Source: an uncultured Candidatus Saccharibacteria bacterium (GTDB lineage: Bacteria; Patescibacteriota; Minisyncoccia; Phycocordibacterales; DATGWK01). From it: a stretch of 64,000 nt of DNA. Where the stretch lies: the NCBI GenBank assembly GCA_964492195.1, contig CAZBJL010000001.1:79082-143081 (forward strand), in the 5' to 3' direction. The notes under the pieces were generated by a model. That model did no database searches, had not been told where the DNA came from, and worked only from the letters and a program-made list of their open reading frames with translations. Shown here piece by piece: positions 56,723 through 64,000 of the stretch (positions are counted from its first letter, which is position 1; each line of letters begins with the position of its first letter). A program made the position numbers and the translations under genes.

Positions 56723-58513
56723 ATGGAAATCCGAAATATTGCAATTATTGCCCACGTCGATCATGGTAAGACGACTCTCACTGACGCGATGATGCGCCAG
56801 AACTCCGACATTGTTGAAGGAGTTTCTATGGATTCAAACGATCTCGAACGTGAACGTGGTATCACTATTTACGCCAAAAATACCTCAATTTTTTATAAAG
56901 GTACGAAGATCAATATTGTCGACACTCCAGGTCATGCCGACTTCGGTTCCGAAGTTGAACGCGTTCTTCGTTCGATCGATTCCGTTCTTTTGATCGTCGA
57001 TGCACAGGAAGGTCCGATGCCGCAAACACGTTTCGTCTTGAAGAAATCTCTTGAACTCGGTCTTCGTCCAATTGTTGTTATTAATAAAATCGACAAAAAA
57101 GCTGCAGACATCCATGCGTGTGAAGAAGGAGTACTCGGTCTTTTCCTCGAACTCGGTGCAAGCAACGAGCAGGCTGAATTCCCAGTTGTCTACGCAATCG
57201 GCCGCGACGGTGTTGCAAAACGAAGCGTTGGAGAAGAATTAGCTCCTAACCTCAATCCACTTCTCGATGTTATTCTCGAACACGTCAAACCTGCATCATC
57301 AGCTGAACGTGAAAGCAAACCACTCATGCTTCAGCCATTCAACCTCGGTTACGATAATTTCATCGGCCGTCTTGCAATTGGCCGCATGTACGAAGGTACG
57401 ATCAAACAAGGTCAGACTGTTTTTATAAAAAATGTTGATGGCAAAAATCGCACAGGAAAAATTACCAAAGTCTTTGTATTTCACGGCATTGAGAAAAAAG
57501 AAGTTCCCGAAGCTGTTGCTGGTGACATCGTGATGATTGCCGGACTTCCAGACATTTATATTGGCGAAACAATTACGTCCGACGAAAATGCAATTCCACT
57601 TCCTGCGATCGCTGTTGATGAACCAACGATTGCTCTTAATTTCCTCGTCAACAATTCTCCTTTTGCAGGAAAAGAAGGAAAGTTTGTGACTTCACGACAG
57701 ATTCGTGACTATCTCGAACGCGAACTTGAAATCAACGTTGGTCTCAAAGTTGAGTTTGGTTCTGGCGACAGCTTCCGAGTTCTTGCTCGTGGTGAACTTC
57801 ATGTTGAAATTCTTTTGGAAAATATGCGCCGAGCCGGATTTGAACTCCAGGTTTCTGAACCGCAAGTTATTATCCACGAAGAAAACGGGGTCAAAACTGA
57901 ACCGTACGAAGAAGTTGTTATCGACATTCCAAGTCAGTACCAGGGTACGATCATTGACCGTCTTGGTTTGAAAGCATTCGTCATGACCAACCTCGTTGTG
58001 CACGGTGACTCTGTCCGACTTCTTTTTGAAGGTCCAACTCGAGGACTTTTGGGTTATAGAAATCAATTCGTTATCGATACAAAAGGGGAGGGAATTTTCT
58101 CTTCACATGTGATTGGCTTCAAACCATACGCTGGTGAAATCCGAAAACGTCACGTTGGTGCCATGGTTTCTATGGCCACCGGAAAGGCGCTTGGTTTCTC
58201 CCTCTGGAATTTACAGGAACGTGGCGAGCTCTATATTGCGCCGGCAACAGAAGTCTACGAAGGTATGGTTATCGGTAACACTTCAAAGGGTGAAGAAATG
58301 TACGTGAACCCAACAAAAGGAAAGCAGCTCACAAACATGCGCGCCTCTGGTTCTGATGACGCCATGGATTTGGTAAAACCTTTTGAAATCACGATTGGTC
58401 GTGGTTTGGAAATTATTGCAAACGACGAATATCTCGAAATCACTCCAAAAAGTATCCGTCTCCGAAAACAACTCCTTACAGAAAACGATCGAGCAAAAGC
58501 AAGAAAGAGTTAA
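56723..58513 (+). CDS. typA: translational GTPase TypA/BipA
   Basis: RNIAIIAHVDHGKTTL, DTPGHADF, GELH, K.LTNMRASG. Confidence 0.97.
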   Translation: MEIRNIAIIAHVDHGKTTLTDAMMRQNSDIVEGVSMDSNDLERERGITIYAKNTSIFYKGTKINIVDTPGHADFGSEVERVLRSIDSVLLIVDAQEGPMPQTRFVLKKSLELGLRPIVVINKIDKKAADIHACEEGVLGLFLELGASNEQAEFPVVYAIGRDGVAKRSVGEELAPNLNPLLDVILEHVKPASSAERESKPLMLQPFNLGYDNFIGRLAIGRMYEGTIKQGQTVFIKNVDGKNRTGKITKVFVFHGIEKKEVPEAVAGDIVMIAGLPDIYIGETITSDENAIPLPAIAVDEPTIALNFLVNNSPFAGKEGKFVTSRQIRDYLERELEINVGLKVEFGSGDSFRVLARGELHVEILLENMRRAGFELQVSEPQVIIHEENGVKTEPYEEVVIDIPSQYQGTIIDRLGLKAFVMTNLVVHGDSVRLLFEGPTRGLLGYRNQFVIDTKGEGIFSSHVIGFKPYAGEIRKRHVGAMVSMATGKALGFSLWNLQERGELYIAPATEVYEGMVIGNTSKGEEMYVNPTKGKQLTNMRASGSDDAMDLVKPFEITIGRGLEIIANDEYLEITPKSIRLRKQLLTENDRAKARKS

Positions 58514-58563
58514 AAATATAAAAGAAAAAACCGCCGTGGGGCGGTTTTTGATTGTGAAGCGTT

Positions 58564-58830
58564 TTATTTGATGGCTTCTTCGAGTTCGGTGATGAGGACG
58601 AAGTATCCATCACCGTGGCTTGTGACTTCGGCTGCCTCCTGCCACCTGTGGTCGTAAAACATGTCCTGAGGCGGATGAAGCATGATCTGTGCACCGCCGG
58701 GGAGGCCAGTTTCCTGATCCCACCTGAGGCGTTTGTCATTTTCGCGCTCCGGAGCGCATTTTTGAAGTGCTCGAAGATCTTTTTTGAGCACGACAGTTCG
58801 AAGACCTGTTTCCGTTCCGGTCGCGGGCAT
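58564..58830 (-). CDS. orphan hypothetical protein, stand-alone cassette
   Basis: SD AAGGAG; TTGACT upstream; converges on the typA terminator. Confidence 0.6.
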   Translation of the reverse strand: MPATGTETGLRTVVLKKDLRALQKCAPERENDKRLRWDQETGLPGGAQIMLHPPQDMFYDHRWQEAAEVTSHGDGYFVLITELEEAIK

Positions 58831-58944
58831 GTTCAGACTCCTTTATGTGGTGGTTGTGTACGATTCCTGAAGTATTTAATCACGACCTCGCATAAAGTCA
58901 ATTCTGCTAGCTCGGTCAGCATTCATCATGCTAGAATTCCCTAA

Positions 58945-60342
58945 ATGAAAAGGACATATATAAAAGAATTGAAGGATTTAACCGGCTCTGAAGTCGTTGT
59001 AAAAGGTTGGGTAGATATTCGTCGTGACCATGGAAAATTAATCTTTATCGATCTTCGTGATGCGACAGCGAAGGTGCAAATGGTAGCTTTGCCAAACCAT
59101 ACCGAAGCTCATGCACTCGCAAGCACGATTCGTCCAGAATGGGTTGTTGAAATCAGCGGTAAGGTTAACGCCCGGCCAGAAAAAATGGTCAATAAAGACG
59201 AATCAAACGGGGCGGTGGAAATTGAAATCCTTTCAATTGTTATTTTAAACAAGGCCGAAACGCCACCGTTCGATATTCGCTCAGAGGGCAAAGAAATAAA
59301 CGAAGAAGCCCGACTTCGATATCGTTACATCGATCTTCGTCGAGACCGCATGCAAAAAAATATTCGTAATCGTCACAAAGCGACAAGTTTTGTGCGCGAG
59401 TTTTACACATCTGAAGGTTTCGTTGAAATCGAAACACCAATGATGACAAAATCGACGCCAGAAGGTTCGCGTGATTACATCATTCCATCACGTTTGGATA
59501 ACGGTAAGTTTTACGCCCTTCCGCAGTCTCCCCAGCAGTACAAACAGCTTCTCATGTCTGCAGGTTTTGAAAAATATTTCCAGATCGCACGCTGTTTCCG
59601 CGACGAAGACACTCGTGGTGACCGCCAGCCAGAGTTTACCCAGATCGATCTTGAAATGAGTTTTGTTGCGCAGGAAGATGTGATGGCTATCAATGAAAAA
59701 ATGATCATTGGTCTTGTGCAGAAACTCTATCCAGAAAAGAAAATCCAAGAAATTCCATTTCCCCGGCTTACCTATAAAGAAGCAATGGAAAAATACAATT
59801 CCGACAAACCGGATTTGCGCACAGACAAAAATGATCCGAACCTTCTTGCATTCTGCTGGGTTATTGATTTTCCATTTTTCGAAAAAACAGAAGAAGGCGG
59901 CTGGACGTTTACCCACAACCCTTTTTCTGCACCAAAGCCAGAATTCATGAATGACCTTTTGGAAAAGAAAAATATTGAAGGCATTTTGACGACACAGTAT
60001 GACATTGCACTCAACGGTTCTGAAGTCGCCGGTGGTAGTATTCGAAATCACAACCCTGAAGCACTCAAAAAAGTTTTTGAAGTTATGGGATATGCCGATG
60101 AAAGAATCGAAAAGAATTTTGGTCACATGCTGAAAGCTCTTGGTTCTGGTACGCCTCCGCACGGTGGCATTGCGTTTGGTTTTGATCGCTTCATGATGAT
60201 TCTCCAAAACGAACCAAATATTCGTGAAATTATTGCATTTGCAAAAACCGGCGAAGGAAAAGACTTGATGATGGATTCTCCGTCAGAAGTTGATGCACTC
60301 CAGCTTCGCGAACTTGGCATAGAACTCAAAAAGAAGAAGTAG
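58945..60342 (+). CDS. aspS: aspartate--tRNA ligase (short, no GAD insertion)
   Basis: RRDHG..FIDLRD, ALPQSPQ, CFRDED...RQPEFTQ, PPHGG.A.G.DR. Confidence 0.96.
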   Translation: MKRTYIKELKDLTGSEVVVKGWVDIRRDHGKLIFIDLRDATAKVQMVALPNHTEAHALASTIRPEWVVEISGKVNARPEKMVNKDESNGAVEIEILSIVILNKAETPPFDIRSEGKEINEEARLRYRYIDLRRDRMQKNIRNRHKATSFVREFYTSEGFVEIETPMMTKSTPEGSRDYIIPSRLDNGKFYALPQSPQQYKQLLMSAGFEKYFQIARCFRDEDTRGDRQPEFTQIDLEMSFVAQEDVMAINEKMIIGLVQKLYPEKKIQEIPFPRLTYKEAMEKYNSDKPDLRTDKNDPNLLAFCWVIDFPFFEKTEEGGWTFTHNPFSAPKPEFMNDLLEKKNIEGILTTQYDIALNGSEVAGGSIRNHNPEALKKVFEVMGYADERIEKNFGHMLKALGSGTPPHGGIAFGFDRFMMILQNEPNIREIIAFAKTGEGKDLMMDSPSEVDALQLRELGIELKKKK

Positions 60343-60448
60343 AGATTAATGTAATAAAATATTCGTTGACTTTTTTGGGGTCAGTGATAGATTGTCATTC
60401 GGCATAGTTCTTTCACTTCAATAGACGAAAACACAGAAAGGAGGAAAG

Positions 60449-60757
60449 ATGGATTCTCGCAGTCAGCTGCCAGGGAAGATAGCTTTCTTCACCTGTGCAT
60501 TCGTCACATCCTGGACAGTCGTTCTTACGACTCACGGTGGTGGGGTTCTCCCGCTCATACAGGTCCAAAGCAACTCGGCGAACAGTGAATACTATGTGAG
60601 CCATGACCCTCTGGACCAGTCAGACGAAGTCATTTTGGGTTTTGTGGAGGCCGCAGGTCTCGTGACCTGTCGGTTGCTTCTCGTGAGTTCGTTGATTGAA
60701 TATACTTTTGGATATCCTAACGGACATCCGAAGGTGCGTCCTCCGGATTGTGTGTAA
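60449..60757 (+). CDS. orphan hypothetical protein, stand-alone cassette
   Basis: TTGACT-16-TAGATT; SD AAGGAGG; hairpins and terminator downstream. Confidence 0.55.
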   Translation: MDSRSQLPGKIAFFTCAFVTSWTVVLTTHGGGVLPLIQVQSNSANSEYYVSHDPLDQSDEVILGFVEAAGLVTCRLLLVSSLIEYTFGYPNGHPKVRPPDCV

Positions 60758-60909
60758 TTTCTCCTGAACACAGTGTGTGCAGGAATGACCAGTTTCATAA
60801 GTAAGGGCCCACGCGTATGCCCCTGCATGGGCCCTTTTTCTATGGGAAATTTTTAATAAAAAACCACCCCTCAAAAAAGGAGTGGTGATAAACCTGGGCA
60901 ACTTTTGTG

Positions 60910-61647
60910 CTACATCGGAATTGTGTTCGCAGTTTCGTTGCGGTATCGATGAAACGGGCCGCATGTGCATGGTCTTGAGTTGCAGCGCTTATGCTTGCCG
61001 CTGTAGTTCTCTTGAAGCTCTGTGTCGAGATCGATACCCAACAAGGAACAGATTGTAAAGATCCAAGCGAATGTGTCTGCGAACTCTCGGGCAATAATGT
61101 TGGAGAGCTCATCTGAAGAGATCTTCGGGTTATTGATATCGATAAGGGCCGTGTCTCCTACCTCGCCAATTTCTTCTGCAAGCCGCATGACCGCCGCGAG
61201 CAACCCTCTTTCTCGATTGTTCTTCCCGTAGAGTTTTTCGAGGTGTTTGCACCAATCATTGACTCCCCAGGTCAACTGAACAACAGAAGGTGGGGCATAG
61301 GTGATGTCATTAGTGCGGGCAGCTGGACAAACACACGGGATTGCTGAACACCAGCTACAGCCACCGCTGTGAGGATACTTTGTAGTGAGTGACTCAACGA
61401 TGGGAATGTTCCCGAAACTTCTCGCAAAGTTACTTGTTCGCGCAAAGATACTGGCGAGTGCGCGCCCCAACCCTTCTTTGTCAGTCACACCACGACGTAA
61501 GAGTTTAATCAGGTGTCTCAGCGACCCATTCAGAAAGATGAATCGATCGCCTCTGTCTGGCATGTACATCCGATTGCGTTGCCCGAAAAGTTTGAAAAGC
61601 TCATCAAAACGTTCGTTCAAAGTCTTCGTTGAGGTCTCCCTTCCCAT
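60910..61647 (-). CDS. tandem MazG-like nucleotide pyrophosphohydrolase with Cys-rich motifs
   Basis: LAEEIGEV...EFAD..AW in the second repeat; KYP...CSWC...PCVC and C...PCTC tails; SD AAGGAG; TTGACT-16-TATAGT. Confidence 0.75.
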   Translation of the reverse strand: MGRETSTKTLNERFDELFKLFGQRNRMYMPDRGDRFIFLNGSLRHLIKLLRRGVTDKEGLGRALASIFARTSNFARSFGNIPIVESLTTKYPHSGGCSWCSAIPCVCPAARTNDITYAPPSVVQLTWGVNDWCKHLEKLYGKNNRERGLLAAVMRLAEEIGEVGDTALIDINNPKISSDELSNIIAREFADTFAWIFTICSLLGIDLDTELQENYSGKHKRCNSRPCTCGPFHRYRNETANTIPM

Positions 61648-61965
61648 ACCGAGTCTCCTTACGTTGTATGTTTGTACTGTTTTTGTTTTGATCCAAAAAA
61701 ACTATACTTTTTTTTAAAAAAAAGTCAAAAATGCCCGACTATTGTTCGGTATCAATCTCTACTCGTTTACTCCCGAGCCAGTTGACAAAAAACCACATAT
61801 GATATATTATGTGGTTCGTAATACATCTCTAGGTTTTGTTTGGAGTCCGCTCTAAACGTTGAGGCCATTGCGCTTTTTCTAAAAACTCTCGAGACAGACT
61901 AGTCGAAATTTATATGACTGGCGATTGTTACATCGAGACACTTTTTAACGTCTCTTAGAAAAAAT

Positions 61966-63276
61966 ATGCAACCACATTCAAATCCCTCGAATAATTCGGG
62001 GCACTCATATCGAGGCAACAAACCACGTTTTAGTGGTAATTCAACGTCAAAAGTTGGCGATAGCATCAAGGGCCGAACTTTCGCGCGCCCAAGTTTCCAT
62101 AGTGGAAACAAGTCATCGTACCGAGGCGGTTCACGAGGTCCATCTCGAGGTAATTCTCGCGGTGGCCGAAGCGAACGAATCGATTTTTCACGATACGTGA
62201 ACAAAGCTGTGATCACCGAAGAAGTTGTTCACTTCAAACCAGATCACAAATTCGATGATTTTCTTATCCAAACTGATCTCAAAAATGCCATTAAGACAAA
62301 AGGATATCTTGATCCAACTCCGATCCAAGACCGAACAATTCCACATATTCTTAAAGGTCAGGACATTGTTGGTATTGCCAACACCGGTACCGGTAAAACT
62401 GCTGCCTTCCTTATTCCACTCATCAACAAAGTACTTTTGAATCGCAAGGAGCAAATTCTTATCGAAGTACCAACTCGCGAGCTTGCAATTCAGATCGACG
62501 ACGAGCTTAAGGGCTTCACAAAAGGCATGAAGATCTATTCTGTCTGTTGCGTTGGAGGTGCTCCAATCGGCCGTCAGATTTCTCAGCTCAAATACCAATA
62601 CAATTTCATTATCGGTACTCCCGGTCGTATTAAAGATCTCGTTGAGCGCAAAATGATCAAGCTTCCAGAATTCAAGACACTCGTCATGGATGAAGCTGAC
62701 CGAATGCTCGACATGGGCTTCGTAGCTGATATGCGATACGTTGTGTCGCTTATGTCAAAAGAACGTCATACACTTTTCTTCTCTGCAACACTTTCTTCTG
62801 AAGTTGAAAAACTCATCAAAGAATTTCTCAAAGAACCTGTTCGAATTTCAGTAAAAACTGGCGACACGTCTAAAAACGTCGACCAAGATATTATAAAAGT
62901 TGAACGTGGTACAAACAAAATCGATATTTTGCAGGAACTCCTTAAGCAAAAAGAATTCAGTAAGGTTTTGATTTTCGGCCGAACAAAACACGGTGTAGAA
63001 AAACTCTCAAAAATTCTTACAGATAGGGGATTCAAAGCGCAGTCTATTCACGGCAATAAAAACCATTCAAAACGACAGCAAGCGCTCGGTTCATTCAAAA
63101 ACAATATGTCACAGGTCCTTGTTGCAACAGACGTTGCTGCTCGAGGTCTCGACATTGCGGACGTGAGTCATGTTATTAACTTTGATATTCCTGCAACATA
63201 CGACGATTACATTCACCGCATTGGCCGAACTGGTCGTGGAAACAAAAAAGGTAAGGCGCTCACATTCATCGAATAA
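61966..63276 (+). CDS. DEAD-box RNA helicase
   Basis: PTPIQ, TGTGKT, PTRELA, DEADRMLDMGF, SAT, HRIGRTGR. Confidence 0.96.
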   Translation: MQPHSNPSNNSGHSYRGNKPRFSGNSTSKVGDSIKGRTFARPSFHSGNKSSYRGGSRGPSRGNSRGGRSERIDFSRYVNKAVITEEVVHFKPDHKFDDFLIQTDLKNAIKTKGYLDPTPIQDRTIPHILKGQDIVGIANTGTGKTAAFLIPLINKVLLNRKEQILIEVPTRELAIQIDDELKGFTKGMKIYSVCCVGGAPIGRQISQLKYQYNFIIGTPGRIKDLVERKMIKLPEFKTLVMDEADRMLDMGFVADMRYVVSLMSKERHTLFFSATLSSEVEKLIKEFLKEPVRISVKTGDTSKNVDQDIIKVERGTNKIDILQELLKQKEFSKVLIFGRTKHGVEKLSKILTDRGFKAQSIHGNKNHSKRQQALGSFKNNMSQVLVATDVAARGLDIADVSHVINFDIPATYDDYIHRIGRTGRGNKKGKALTFIE

Positions 63277-63291
63277 TTTCTGAATACCACC

Positions 63292-63471
63292 ATGAGTCAC
63301 ATTATCGACAAAAACAAATTAAGAAAATCGTTTCCTGGAAGTGGAAATTGGATTGAAAAACCTCGACGCTCTGAAGTGCTCGTGTGTTCATCATGTAAAG
63401 GAAAATATATTAAAACTCGAACAGGTCAAACAACGTGTGTTCGTTGCCTCGTAAGAAGCGTTCGAAGTTAA
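63292..63471 (+). CDS. small zinc-ribbon protein (59 aa)
   Basis: Below ORF-track cutoff: ...CSSCKGKYIKTRTGQTTCVRC...; 15 nt after the helicase stop. Confidence 0.65.
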   Translation: MSHIIDKNKLRKSFPGSGNWIEKPRRSEVLVCSSCKGKYIKTRTGQTTCVRCLVRSVRS

Positions 63472-63525
63472 TCCTTGCACTCCTACTGTGCTAGAATTGG
63501 CCCATTAGTAGTAACGTATATTCCT

Positions 63526-63888
63526 ATGGCTCTATATAGCGTCATGCATCTCGTTGGTCAGGTTCTTTTTGGTGGGTATTTTATCTATTCTGGAATTCGT
63601 CATTTTACTGAACACAAAAACTTCACCGCATATAGCGTGTCGATGAAAGTGCCAAGTCCAGCTCTTGCTGTATATGCCACAGGTGCATTACTTCTTCTTG
63701 GAGGTCTCGGTGTGATTTTAAATATGTATACACACATCGCACTCTGGCTTCTTGTGATTTTCCTTATACCAACAACGGTCATGATGCACGCATTCTGGAA
63801 AGTAACCGATCCTCAAATGAGAATGGTCAACAAAATAAATTTTTTCAAGAACGTCGCACTTCTCGGTGCTGTTCTTTGGATGATGTAG
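63526..63888 (+). CDS. DoxX family membrane protein
   Basis: G..HF, H.FW, FFKN.AL.G. Confidence 0.85.
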   Translation: MALYSVMHLVGQVLFGGYFIYSGIRHFTEHKNFTAYSVSMKVPSPALAVYATGALLLLGGLGVILNMYTHIALWLLVIFLIPTTVMMHAFWKVTDPQMRMVNKINFFKNVALLGAVLWMM

Positions 63889-64000
63889 CTATTGCGTGAC
63901 GATAAATTTTCCAACCATTCCCATTTGTCGGTGAGAGCCAACTGAACAGTAAAATTCGAATGTTCCAGTTTTGTCTGCCATAAATTCGAGCACTTCGGCA
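63889..64000 (-). CDS. cupredoxin-domain protein, C-terminal fragment (partial)
   Basis: Manual translation ...ADKTGTFEFYCSVGSHRQMGMVGKFIVTQ* with type-1 copper ligands C-x4-H-x4-M. Confidence 0.8.
   Translation of the reverse strand, partial: AEVLEFMADKTGTFEFYCSVGSHRQMGMVGKFIVTQ

Overview
A 64 kb chromosomal segment of a reduced-genome bacterium. It is most consistent with Candidate Phyla Radiation / Patescibacteria (Parcubacteria-like), using genetic code 11; this is inferred from gene content such as a VirB2-like pilin array, short aspS, divergent HisRS paralog and CPR-type bS21. The backbone is housekeeping: ftsA/ftsZ, gyrA, topA, clpB, infB, rbfA, rpsA, rpsU, rpmG, serS, aspS, dnaX, parB, typA, miaA, alr, dprA and 13 tRNAs. 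No integrase, transposase, CRISPR array or rRNA was seen. Four unexplained layers stand out. (1) A five-copy family of intergenic structured elements has a covarying bulged-hairpin core inside unrelated outer stems. (2) Expression appears two-tiered: core genes look leaderless (-10 box 6-8 nt before the start, no SD), while about 15 orphan genes or peptides are stand-alone cassettes with -35/-10, SD and terminator. (3) Two cassettes carry Planctomycete (Phycisphaerae)-like signatures, including a PEP-CTERM protein. (4) There are two promoter-to-terminator non-coding transcripts, one with an anti-SD motif, plus several apparently catalytically dead enzyme homologues. All calls were made by eye, without database searches.
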